From: an uncultured Pseudobdellovibrionaceae bacterium
GTDB taxonomy: Bacteria > Bdellovibrionota > Bdellovibrionia > Bdellovibrionales > UBA1609
Reading direction: 5' to 3'
DNA length: 64,000 nucleotides
Assembly (NCBI GenBank): GCA_963803705.1
Contig: CAWDNU010000004.1
Location: forward strand, 352,001 to 416,000
The position numbers and the translations under genes are program-made. Position 1 is the stretch's first letter. Each line of letters begins with the position of its first letter. Positions 27,899 to 37,160 of the stretch are shown here, piece after piece. The notes under the pieces were generated by a model that worked only from the letters and a program-made list of their open reading frames with translations, did not search any database and had not been told where the DNA came from.

Positions 27899-30037
27899 TT
27901 ATTTTCGTTTTAACGCAGTCACGGAATTAACAAGGTTCAGTAACATATTTTTTAAATTGGGTTGGGTTGATTTGCTTAGTGACTTATCCACTTTTTCAAA
28001 AAAACATTTATTATCTTTGGTCTTGTTTTCGCCCACAATGTACTCTTGTAATCTCTGATTCATACATGTTTTAAAATGGTTGGTACTTGTCAATTTCTTG
28101 GCGAACTCAACACCGTCGGCATAATTTATATCCAGATTTCCAATTCCATTAAGTTCCCCCGAAGAATCAACATCAACTCTGTACTCACTTCCTTCGTACT
28201 GAAAAGTCTCTTCAGTGCTGAAGTATCCAAGGTTACTAAAGTTTTCGTAAGCACCGCCAACATTGTCGATTGTTTGGTGACAGAAAAAACAAGCTGTTTG
28301 TTGTGAGTGTAAAGCCTCAAACTTTTGACGGTTGGTGAGCTTTGTAGGATCGAATCCTGGTGGTTCTTCTTCGGCAGCGTTAACTTCTGCTGGGGCGGCT
28401 GGTAGTTCATTACATAAAAGCTGTTCTATTGTAAAAACCCCACGCTTTACCATTCCCGAGTTGGTTGGGTTAGAGTGTGAGGCTAAGAATGCTGGATGGG
28501 TCAAAATACCGTGACGCTCGTCACTGCTAAAATTTTTTACAACGATTTCTGATCTATCTGCAGGATAGGTATCTAGGACACTAGGAATTACTCCAAAAAA
28601 TGGTGCAGATCTAAAGCTCACATCATAATCCGTACCAGAAAAAATACGATTATATTCTAGTGAGTTCCCAAGTTTTCTTTCAATGTAGCGATCTGTTTCA
28701 TTTTGTAGGTCTCGGCGGCGGGCAATTTCTCGCTCGTACGTCCAAAGTGCCATAGAGTTAAATGCAGGACCAAAATATTTTCTAACATACCACTTTGCAA
28801 AGTCAGTATATTTTTTACCATCGTCAGTTTCAATATTACCGACTTTTAGTAGGTCTTTAAGATAAGTTACCATCATATCTTTTGCTGACTGCGTTCCTGT
28901 TAGCCGGTTAACCTGATTTACTAGTTCGACTTGATTTATTAGTTCCCCTTTTTTTGCTTTATCATAAAGTTGTGAATCAGGAGGACCATCAAGAAGTGTA
29001 AACGATAAAAATGAAGCGATCTCGTAATCATCGAGTTGAAATAGATTATCTGTGTCTTGGCCTAGAAATCCAACTTCAGCACGATATAGAAATGAGGGAC
29101 TTAATAAAAAGTAAGTGTTGAAGGCGTCCCACTGATCAGCCGCACTTAGACCCGCGACTTCTAGTCTTTTCAAAGACGCTCTTATTTCTGTTTTCATTTC
29201 TGTAGATACTGGTCTTCGAATTAACTTTTCAGCAACATTTTCAAACGCATGGTTGAGGCAAGCGTCGGTTATCATGGAATCACGACATGAACTATTAAGA
29301 TAAAGGGCATTATGATTACGCACCCTGCCGACATTTGAAAAAACAGAATCTCTCCATAGTCTAAAGGTGTAGGGATCTACAGTTAGTCTGCTAGAGTCGT
29401 TATCAAAACCCGTGTGAACCGATGAAACGGTAAACATCTTGGTATTAATCTTGTCACCTGTATAGTTGCCGTATATTGAGCGAAGCACTTTACTTAATTG
29501 ATCTGAACTTAATCTACGAACTTTTTTAGAAGCAACCTCTTGCTGAGGAGTACAAGAATTTTTAAGCTGGCAAAAATCATTGATTCCAACAACCGAAATA
29601 AAAGCTTCAATACTTCTGTATTCAGGACTAGTAACGTCAAATAACTTTCCACCTGAGTGAGCTACTGAATTAGTAGGTTTTTTCAACAGGGTGCTTTCAC
29701 CAATGGCTTCTACATTAACCAAAGAATAAACAGATTCTATTGAAGTCTTGTCAGCAATACCTGGCCCGAATTGGAACCTGGTGTTTTCAGCAGAGCCTCC
29801 AGTCCCATGGCAGCTGGCACAGTTTTTAGTTTCGAAAATAGGTTTGACGCTCATTAAATAGCTATTTTCAATAGACTTTTCGCAACTAGCAGAGCCGCTG
29901 ACTGAAGACAGGTCGACAGCTTTTAAGCCCCCACAACCAGTTAGAATAAGGGTAAGTCCACATAGCAGTTTTAGAGTCACTATTTGATTTACTGTCATAA
30001 GACTTTCTTCGGTCTTACAGACTTTGATCCTTACCAA
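27899..30037 (-). CDS. DUF1592/DUF1588/DUF1595-domain c-type cytochrome lipoprotein
   Basis: Lipobox LTGC, CASCH and CFFCH heme motifs, VRRLS, LLSPSFLYRAE, YEIASFLSFTLLDGPPD, RHGILTHPAFL, VKRGVF. Confidence 0.88.
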   Translation of the reverse strand: MVRIKVCKTEESLMTVNQIVTLKLLCGLTLILTGCGGLKAVDLSSVSGSASCEKSIENSYLMSVKPIFETKNCASCHGTGGSAENTRFQFGPGIADKTSIESVYSLVNVEAIGESTLLKKPTNSVAHSGGKLFDVTSPEYRSIEAFISVVGINDFCQLKNSCTPQQEVASKKVRRLSSDQLSKVLRSIYGNYTGDKINTKMFTVSSVHTGFDNDSSRLTVDPYTFRLWRDSVFSNVGRVRNHNALYLNSSCRDSMITDACLNHAFENVAEKLIRRPVSTEMKTEIRASLKRLEVAGLSAADQWDAFNTYFLLSPSFLYRAEVGFLGQDTDNLFQLDDYEIASFLSFTLLDGPPDSQLYDKAKKGELINQVELVNQVNRLTGTQSAKDMMVTYLKDLLKVGNIETDDGKKYTDFAKWYVRKYFGPAFNSMALWTYEREIARRRDLQNETDRYIERKLGNSLEYNRIFSGTDYDVSFRSAPFFGVIPSVLDTYPADRSEIVVKNFSSDERHGILTHPAFLASHSNPTNSGMVKRGVFTIEQLLCNELPAAPAEVNAAEEEPPGFDPTKLTNRQKFEALHSQQTACFFCHQTIDNVGGAYENFSNLGYFSTEETFQYEGSEYRVDVDSSGELNGIGNLDINYADGVEFAKKLTSTNHFKTCMNQRLQEYIVGENKTKDNKCFFEKVDKSLSKSTQPNLKNMLLNLVNSVTALKRK

Positions 30038-30481
30038 ATAACAAATATAAATGTTTAAAATTTAGCATAAAGGCTCAATATGAGATTTTTCATGGAGCAA
30101 AAGAAGATTCAGCGTTAGTAGGTATTAAAATGTGTATCAAGTCAGGAAAACCGTTGCGATTATGATCCTTCAATTTGCACCTGCAGTGAAAAACCTTTAT
30201 CTGAAAGATGGTCTATCGCTTGGTCATCCGTTGAATCCTTGGCGCCAAGACAATAAAATTACTGAGCAGCTGGCATAAAACTTGAATTATTTTAAGTTGT
30301 TAGCGTCCATTAATGTTCATCCGGAGGAAGATAATTAGTTGTCAAATTAGCCAGGTCTTCAAGTTATAAATTAAAGAAAACTATGCGAAGTCAACATGTA
30401 GCAAAAGTGTAGCACCCAGAAAAATAACTTTTTATAGATTCACAGTTATATTGAAAATTACTTTAGCATCCAGTCATTACC

Positions 30482-31039
30482 CTACTTTTTAAAATTTAAA
30501 AATCGTGAACAGTTCGATCCGCTAGAAATTATTTTAGGCAATTGAAAATAATTCTTCACAGCACCAACTAACAACTTATGATTAGTATTAGGAACTGGTG
30601 TGGCGCCCCTGGCCAAACTAATTTGATAGGATCTGAATTCACTGAAACCCTCAAAACTTGAGCGGCGCAGATCATTTACAAAATTACTAAAAATGGTTCT
30701 AAGCAAATAAAACTGATATGGAACTTTAATTGTTTCTGCAAAACTTTTGGCAAGTAAGCTTCGGTGCTGCCACCCTGTCGTCACAGCCAGAAATTCATAG
30801 CCGCTGGATAAAATTGTCAGATCTTGATTTCTGGTCATTGGAAGGTTTTGAACTTTAGATGCTGTCAGACGAAGGTAGATGTAAATAATTGTAAGGCTTC
30901 GACCTAAACTAACATATATATATTCGTCTTCAGAGTAATGGGCTCTAATAAATTGGGACCAACTGGTTCTAACAGTGTTAGTTACAATGTATAATTTGAA
31001 CATAATATACACAATACAATTTGAAGACCAATAGCTCAT
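30482..31039 (-). CDS. Hypothetical protein (possibly the 3' part of a degraded secreted-protein gene)
   Basis: 185-aa ORF with no clear RBS or signal peptide. The C-terminal SNCSRFL matches a motif shared by other genes in the window. Confidence 0.4.
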   Translation of the reverse strand: MSYWSSNCIVYIMFKLYIVTNTVRTSWSQFIRAHYSEDEYIYVSLGRSLTIIYIYLRLTASKVQNLPMTRNQDLTILSSGYEFLAVTTGWQHRSLLAKSFAETIKVPYQFYLLRTIFSNFVNDLRRSSFEGFSEFRSYQISLARGATPVPNTNHKLLVGAVKNYFQLPKIISSGSNCSRFLNFKK

Positions 31040-31242
31040 TTGCGTGACATTATTTTACTGTGCTTGGAGCTATAGTGTTCTTTTAATATTGAATCCTGTT
31101 TCTTATATTCATAATCTCTTTGATCTTTGAGGGTTACAATTTTACCCAGTGAAAATCTTGAATACCAAAAAAGACTTTTATTAGCTGAACTCAATACCTG
31201 ACCAACAAACTTACTGCTTTGCCACTTTTTATTCGCATTAGT

Positions 31243-31827
31243 TCATTTTTCAGAAATGATAGTTTTAAAATTTGCTGTTGCTCTTGTAAGTTTTGGCCTG
31301 GGTTGAATCACGGCTCGATCGCTGCTAGAAATAGAGGCCTTGCCTCCTATAGACTCTAGGTTGCCGTAGAATTTAGAGATAACCTCTTGAAAATAGTTAG
31401 AGGTGATAGTGGAACCACCTAACACATTAACTTGCATCACTTTACTACCATTTTTTTTTGATCCTTCGATCCGGTAAGAAACTTTTAGCTTAGATCCCAG
31501 ACAGTTTTTGGATCTATTTTTGCTTTTACAGTACATATCGTAAGTGTAATAAAGTAAGTATCCGAATGAAACATCTGCGCCGTTTATAGGATTTTTTTTA
31601 GAATTCCAGAAATTCAATTTATTGCCGTAGAACCAGCCTAAGTTATTAGTGGGTCTACGCTTAAGCTTAGGTGAGTAGATCCAATCTACAACACTTATTG
31701 TTTTACTATAGTCTTTTTGAACTTGGGTGGATTTAGACACATTGGTAGCGTTAGTAAATAGCAATAAAACCGGTAGCAGAACCATTGAACTGGCAATTTT
31801 TTTCATCTTTGTAGTTTTCATGGTCAC
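31243..31827 (-). CDS. Secreted basic hypothetical protein
   Basis: Signal peptide, Lys-rich, Cys pair. Confidence 0.7.
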   Translation of the reverse strand: MTMKTTKMKKIASSMVLLPVLLLFTNATNVSKSTQVQKDYSKTISVVDWIYSPKLKRRPTNNLGWFYGNKLNFWNSKKNPINGADVSFGYLLYYTYDMYCKSKNRSKNCLGSKLKVSYRIEGSKKNGSKVMQVNVLGGSTITSNYFQEVISKFYGNLESIGGKASISSSDRAVIQPRPKLTRATANFKTIISEK

Positions 31828-32043
31828 CCCTTATATAATAACTACTCGTCTTTTAGGTTGTTTGATTTAAGAGTATAGTTCTAATTTTTTATTTTGAAGT
31901 TTAGTTTTCATTAAAGAGCTGCAAATGTGTTTGGTTGAAAAATTAAAAGTCTCGTTATTATACCGCAGCTTGACCCTAAAGCTTGAAACCTAAAATACTA
32001 ATTGGGTCTAGCTATATTTGTAAACCATCTGAAAAGGATCTAC

Positions 32044-32310
32044 ATGGACTGGAAAATTTTTTTTGCAACATTCACAACCATTTTTGTTGCAGAGCTCGGG
32101 GATAAAACCCAGATTGCTGCGTTTGCGATATCCGCTCAATCTAAGGCCATCACTAGCGTAATCCTAGGGGCAATTCTTGCACTATCTATTGCAACTGTTC
32201 TAGGTGTTGTTGCAGGAGCTTTACTAGGAAGCTTTGTAAACCCGGAAAAGATTAAGTACTTTTCTGGTGTCGCTTTTATCTTAATGGGCATGTGGATTTT
32301 AATTAAATAA
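32044..32310 (+). CDS. TMEM165/GDT1 (UPF0016) family Mn/Ca transporter, single-domain form
   Basis: IFVAELGDKTQ motif. ATG 32044 follows AAGGA. Confidence 0.9.
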   Translation: MDWKIFFATFTTIFVAELGDKTQIAAFAISAQSKAITSVILGAILALSIATVLGVVAGALLGSFVNPEKIKYFSGVAFILMGMWILIK

Positions 32311-32454
32311 AAAAAATTTTATCAATACTAGGTTAGGACGTAGTGTTGCGATTTTTAATATAGTTATTTCAAAATGATACAATCTTGTTATAACTATAAT
32401 ATGTTTTAATAAATTTGGTAAAGAAATCTGGTAATATTGGCCGATCAGCTAAGT

Positions 32455-33444
32455 ATGAAAAATATAAAAAGAAAAAAATCTGAAAAAGGCTTTGGATTGA
32501 TTCAAGTGATAATTGGTACAACTTTGATGTCAGTGGTGGCCTTGAATGTTGGCTATTTAATAGTTTCGCAATCTAAGCAGGTCAATTATATGGAAGACAG
32601 GATGGCGAAGGCTGCCCTAACCCAGGAACTAACTATGATGTTAGAGCGAGAGCCTGCGTGTATGAACTCTTTAAGTGGGGTAACAATGGACTTGACTAAT
32701 CCGACTAACATTAGTCTGAAAGATAAAGATAACAACCTTGTCTATAACGCCGCTGACTCGTCTAAAAACACTTTCGATAATTTAAAAATCACTGGCATTG
32801 CTATAGAAAACCTTGATATCCCATCTGTTGATTCAACGGGTATGGCTGACCTTGTTGTGAACCTTACCCGGCGAAGAAGCGGCGGTGGTGCAACTGATTT
32901 AAAGCCAATTCGATTAAAAAGAATATTAACACTCGATGCTGCTGGCCAAGTTACGTCTTGCGCCGCAGAGTCTGGCGGGGCTTTTGACTGTCTTGATATT
33001 GCAGGATATTGGAATAGCACCGGGGGTTCAAAAAGTATTATGGTTCCGCCCGAAGCTACACACTTTATGGTGGTATTTGACCGTAAACGAATTACCTGGG
33101 GTAGTGAAGATGAAAATAGCTGTATTTCCAGTCAAGGCTCGCTCACTGTACACCTAGGGAAGACTAAGGTTAGCGGGGTCACTTTAACTTCCGGAGGTCT
33201 ACTTTCAGTAAACACTGCATGGCCGGGTGGCGGTCATAGGTGGACTTACAAAGGTATCGTGCTTGCTACATCTAGCAACCCTCACCGGTATGCGCTTAAT
33301 TGTGGGGGTTGGTCTTCAGTGACAGAACTAAACTATGGTTCTAGTCTTCCAGCAATTTGCAGTAGTAGGCCGGGCTTCAGCTCATCTGGAAACAGTGGGG
33401 GGATAAAAAATGGTCTGAACATTTTCAAACCCAAAGTAGATTAG
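32455..33444 (+). CDS. Type IV pilin-like (prepilin N-terminus) protein
   Basis: Basic leader KRKKSEKG|FGLIQVIIG plus a hydrophobic helix. Cys-containing pilin head and an extra C-terminal domain. Confidence 0.8.
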   Translation: MKNIKRKKSEKGFGLIQVIIGTTLMSVVALNVGYLIVSQSKQVNYMEDRMAKAALTQELTMMLEREPACMNSLSGVTMDLTNPTNISLKDKDNNLVYNAADSSKNTFDNLKITGIAIENLDIPSVDSTGMADLVVNLTRRRSGGGATDLKPIRLKRILTLDAAGQVTSCAAESGGAFDCLDIAGYWNSTGGSKSIMVPPEATHFMVVFDRKRITWGSEDENSCISSQGSLTVHLGKTKVSGVTLTSGGLLSVNTAWPGGGHRWTYKGIVLATSSNPHRYALNCGGWSSVTELNYGSSLPAICSSRPGFSSSGNSGGIKNGLNIFKPKVD

Positions 33445-33518
33445 TACAGCCTTGCATGAAGTTTAGATCGATTTCGCTCAGGACAAATTGGGTTGGGCCA
33501 CAGTTGTCATAGAAAACG

Positions 33519-34244
33519 TTATAATAACATCCTGATCCCCATAAAAATCATCATTAAGTTTTCCGTTAGCGATACAAAGCCTAAGGGAACATTGCTGTTT
33601 CCCCCTACGCATGCACACTTTAGGTCTCTCTTATCAACATAAACTGCTTTGACTACAGATACTGACCCAATTAAACCAATTATAAAAGCAAGTGGCGCAA
33701 AAAGCTCTAAGCCAACCTTGGCAGTCATTGATATACCAGCTAGCGCTTCCACGAAGGGATAAATGTAGGCGTACCTGACCCACTTCATGCCCAACAGATC
33801 ATAAGTTATAAATTGGTTTGAAAAAGACTCTAAGTCTCTAAGCTTTAAAATACCAAGCACGCTCATACTTATTGAAACGAAAAGTTCAAGTAAGCTCAAA
33901 GGCTGAAAGCTTTTATAAAGTAGCCAGCATATTGCTAGTGCTAAGCCAAATGTCACAGAAAATACGGCCAATATGGGCGTATAAGTCTTTTTGTCTTTAT
34001 CAGGCTTTTTTATTCCAAAAAAATCTTGAAGATCATCGAAGCCACCAATTCTTTGATTATCTATAAAAGTCTGGGGGGTAGTTTTGACATCGTGCTTACT
34101 TTTAAATTGATCTGTCTCTTCCCTACTTTTTAATAACCTATCATCTACTTTGTAGCCTTTTCTTTTTAGTAAATCCAAAGATTTTAGACCAAATGGACAA
34201 ATGTGTTTGTCGGTTTTCATTCGGTAAAGTACAGCTTGTTTCAT
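33519..34244 (-). CDS. Glutaredoxin-MauE/DoxX membrane fusion protein
   Basis: HICPFG, TTPQTFI..RIGGFDDL, YAYIYPFVE, LKCACVGGNSNVPLGFVSLTEN. Confidence 0.9.
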   Translation of the reverse strand: MKQAVLYRMKTDKHICPFGLKSLDLLKRKGYKVDDRLLKSREETDQFKSKHDVKTTPQTFIDNQRIGGFDDLQDFFGIKKPDKDKKTYTPILAVFSVTFGLALAICWLLYKSFQPLSLLELFVSISMSVLGILKLRDLESFSNQFITYDLLGMKWVRYAYIYPFVEALAGISMTAKVGLELFAPLAFIIGLIGSVSVVKAVYVDKRDLKCACVGGNSNVPLGFVSLTENLMMIFMGIRMLL

Positions 34245-34310
34245 ATTTTCTCCTTACTAAAATAACGAAAAAAAACTCTTGGTTAGTTGTTTATTTGAGT
34301 TTAGATAAAA

Positions 34311-34820
34311 TCAAAACCTGCGAGTATGTTGATAATTTAAGAACACATAACATAACCCAACAATAGCAATCCAACTTAAGCTGTAAGATATATCAAAGTG
34401 TGCTTTTGAAAAAACAGATGTCATGGATAAACCAAAAAATCCACTGACAAAGATCAACGGCAAATAAGAAAATGTACTTACAATTTTTAAGCGTTCAAAA
34501 TGAGTGAGCAGAAAAAATGCCAATAAATGCGTTGTTAAAAAAAACATCAACCCACAGTATAGACCGCATAAAATTTGGCTTTGGTGTAAAAGATGATGAA
34601 AAAGCGGAAAGTCATTGCCAAAAAGCCCAACCCCTCTTTGTGGACATATAGAGAGGCTTAAAAACACTGAGCTTATAAAAAGAGCTCCATACTTAATACT
34701 TAAATACAGAAAGCCGGGGTTTAACCTTTGGCTTGATGTTTTTAAAATTTTATTTGAAAGTTCAGGTCGAACAGACTTAGATTCAAAAACATCAAAAGGA
34801 TTTTCATTCATTTTAACCAT
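34311..34820 (-). CDS. Putative membrane anti-sigma factor, Cys/His-rich
   Basis: Overlaps the ECF gene. About 4 TM helices with SICPQ.G, FHHLLH and LCGLYCG. Confidence 0.65.
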   Translation of the reverse strand: MVKMNENPFDVFESKSVRPELSNKILKTSSQRLNPGFLYLSIKYGALFISSVFLSLSICPQRGVGLFGNDFPLFHHLLHQSQILCGLYCGLMFFLTTHLLAFFLLTHFERLKIVSTFSYLPLIFVSGFFGLSMTSVFSKAHFDISYSLSWIAIVGLCYVFLNYQHTRRF

Positions 34821-35380
34821 CCTCCATTTAAAATATGTTTTTTAATTTGCTTCTTAGCACGTGAAGATATTTTTCTAACATTAGATTCGCTAAGATTAAG
34901 CTCTTTAGAAATTTCTTTAGAGGTCAGACCTTGAACATATTGAAGCTCGATCACAGATTTAAAAGGATCTTCTAAAAAACTTAAATTCAAGGATTGATGT
35001 TTTATTTCATTCACATCTTGTGAGTTTAAAAGCTTAAAAGATTCTAAAAGTTTATTTTGGTTGTGAGCTTTTTTATACCAGTCTTTTACAGAATTATTTG
35101 CAATTGTAAAAAGCCAAGAGCTAAAAGTGTTAGTTTTTTTATAATTTTGAATGTGATCTAAAACTTTAGACCAGGTGATTTGAAACACCTCTTCAGCTAT
35201 TTCAGAATTCTTTAATTTAAAGTGTAAAAATCCCATCAATCGCCCTTCGTATTTCTTATAAATAGATTCAAAAGCCTGATCTGAACCTGTTTGAATGCTA
35301 GCAACCAGTTGATCTTCAGTTTGATCAAGTTGTACTTGGTTTAACTGTTTCAGCTGGTCTAACTTTAATGACAAGTCCAA
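34808..35380 (-). CDS. ECF sigma factor
   Basis: AFESIYKKY, AEEVFQITW, FSSWLFTIANN, region 4 GLTSKEISKELNLSESNVRKISSRA. Confidence 0.93.
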   Translation of the reverse strand: MDLSLKLDQLKQLNQVQLDQTEDQLVASIQTGSDQAFESIYKKYEGRLMGFLHFKLKNSEIAEEVFQITWSKVLDHIQNYKKTNTFSSWLFTIANNSVKDWYKKAHNQNKLLESFKLLNSQDVNEIKHQSLNLSFLEDPFKSVIELQYVQGLTSKEISKELNLSESNVRKISSRAKKQIKKHILNGGWLK

Positions 35381-35396
35381 GCACCTTTGTTTTCTG

Positions 35397-35427
35397 TTAA
35401 TACGATCTTAAATAACAATTTGTGACA
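35397..35427 (-). promoter_or_regulatory. ECF-type promoter for the sigma/anti-sigma operon
   Basis: Minus strand TGTCACAA-N13-ATCGTATTAA, identical in boxes and spacing to the plus-strand copy. Confidence 0.8.
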
Positions 35428-35449
35428 GGTTGGCTTTATTTTTAAATTT

Positions 35450-35480
35450 TGTCACAATAAAAGAGTTCAAATCGTATTAA
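35450..35480 (+). promoter_or_regulatory. ECF-type promoter for the outer-membrane/HMA/MerT-like genes
   Basis: TGTCACAA-N13-ATCGTATTAA, ending 4 nt before ATG 35485. Confidence 0.8.
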
Positions 35481-35484
35481 GCAT

Positions 35485-36123
35485 ATGAAGTGGTTATTCT
35501 TAATAGTTTTTTTCTTGGGAGCTCAAAACTTACAAGCTCACCCGACCTCTTACGAAAATGGCTACTCGCTTATGACAGAGCTTCACCCTGAAGTTCAAGA
35601 AATTTCAATGATCTATTCGCCAAAATATTGGTTAGGTGCGGGGGTAGTGACCATGCGGATGCCAGATAGATTCGAATTGGTGACTTCCCAATTGGGCTGG
35701 CTTGTAAATCGCTGGAATCTGCCTGAAGCCCAAGGCAATCTTTATCTGTTAGGTGGTATAGGTCATGGAAAATTAGAGCCAAGGCCTGCACAAAACCAAC
35801 TTGATGGCCTAATTTACAGATATGGGGTCCAAACTGATTTCGAGACCCGAAGAATTTACACATTTGTGCGATATATTGAACACCGGTTTATCGATAACAA
35901 CCAGGTTTTAAACAATCAGTTAAGTGCAGCAGTGGGTTTTGCGCCATACTTGGGTGATTATGATGGACTTAATTCCTGGGTGATTTTTAAAATTGTTTCG
36001 TACAATGAGTTCAGGGGCTTTATGTATATACCCATGCTTAGATTTTTTTATAAAAACTTTTTGTGGGAGGTTGGACAAGATTTTAAAGGTAACTCACAGC
36101 TTAATTTTATGGTTCGCTTTTGA
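35485..36123 (+). CDS. Outer-membrane beta-barrel-like protein linked to metal genes
   Basis: Signal peptide, mature N-terminus HP, amphipathic beta strands, C-terminal Phe (FMVRF). Confidence 0.7.
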   Translation: MKWLFLIVFFLGAQNLQAHPTSYENGYSLMTELHPEVQEISMIYSPKYWLGAGVVTMRMPDRFELVTSQLGWLVNRWNLPEAQGNLYLLGGIGHGKLEPRPAQNQLDGLIYRYGVQTDFETRRIYTFVRYIEHRFIDNNQVLNNQLSAAVGFAPYLGDYDGLNSWVIFKIVSYNEFRGFMYIPMLRFFYKNFLWEVGQDFKGNSQLNFMVRF

Positions 36124-36273
36124 CTACTTATTCTTTTAGTATTCTTTTGATGATATTTTTTGTAAAGTTTTATAGTGGTCAATACTTTCTAACGGCCATT
36201 TTTTAACACAATTTTAATGGTTTTTATTTTTTATTAAAAAATTTACTGTAATAAAGTCACCTAAGGAGGACAC

Positions 36274-36705
36274 ATGATTAAATTTTTAACTTTACTGGTA
36301 CTCAATTTTTTATTTATTGCTAACATTCATGCCATTGAAGAAAAGTCTGAAAAAATAGCTAATACATCCAAAGAAAAGATCGAAGGTACTGCAAAAGGGA
36401 CTGAACCCAAGTATTCTAAAGTCGCATTAGTTCATGGTATGGTTTGTGCTTTTTGTTCAAATAGTTTGGAAAAAAAGTTCAAGAAAAATGCTGCTGTTGA
36501 AAAGATCAATGTAGATTTGGAAAGCAAGAAAGTAAGTATCAAATTCAAAAAAGGCAAATCAATTGATAATAAAAAACTCAAACAGATGATCACCACTTCA
36601 GGGTTTAAAGTTGTTAGTATAAAAAACTACACTTCTGCTGACGATTCTAAGTTAGATAACCAGAAACTTGAAAAGTCTAAAGCTAAAAAAAAGAAGGCTG
36701 CTTAA
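36274..36705 (+). CDS. Periplasmic heavy-metal-associated (HMA, MerP/CopZ-like) protein
   Basis: Signal peptide, VHGMVCAFC, INVDLESKKV...SGF. Confidence 0.9.
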   Translation: MIKFLTLLVLNFLFIANIHAIEEKSEKIANTSKEKIEGTAKGTEPKYSKVALVHGMVCAFCSNSLEKKFKKNAAVEKINVDLESKKVSIKFKKGKSIDNKKLKQMITTSGFKVVSIKNYTSADDSKLDNQKLEKSKAKKKKAA

Positions 36706-37084
36706 ATTGGTAACAGATAAAAATCTTTTAAGCTCCTATCTTTCTTTGTTCACGTCGTTTGGAACAATAATTTGTTGTGCTTTACCTAGCTTGTTGGTTT
36801 CTATCGGGCTGGGTGCGAGCTTTGCAGGATTAATTGGTTTAGTGCCGCAGGTTGTTTGGCTTTCAGAAAACAAGCTTCTTGTTTTTATCTTGTCTGGCTC
36901 AATGATTATTTTCAGTGGTGCAATCATTTATTTTAATCGAAATTCACCTTGCCCTAGTGACCCTGACCAAGCCAGGGCCTGCAAAGTCGGTAGAAAGTGG
37001 TCCATTCGTATTTTATCTGTTTCTTTCCTACTTTGGTTTGTGGGTTTTTTCTTCGCATTTCTTGCTCCTTATTTGCTTTTTTAG
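36668..37084 (+). CDS. MerT/MerC-like metal transport membrane protein
   Basis: TIICCALP in TM1, loop CPSDPDQARAC, 3-4 TM helices. The true start is probably around 36707. Confidence 0.8.
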   Translation: MKSLKLKKRRLLKLVTDKNLLSSYLSLFTSFGTIICCALPSLLVSIGLGASFAGLIGLVPQVVWLSENKLLVFILSGSMIIFSGAIIYFNRNSPCPSDPDQARACKVGRKWSIRILSVSFLLWFVGFFFAFLAPYLLF

Positions 37085-37160
37085 TTTTTTGCTCTATCTA
37101 AATTGCGACAGGCAGTGATCAATTTATTTCGAACAGATTAAGCTAAGCTCCAAATTTTAA

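Noticed and set aside
30040..30480. Long intergenic region as a possible ncRNA
   Set aside because: No convincing stems or known motif were found. Short broken frames suggest a gene remnant that I cannot identify.
35485..37084. A classical mer operon
   Set aside because: No merA or merR is present. Only MerP-like and MerT-like components are seen, so the metal specificity cannot be assigned.
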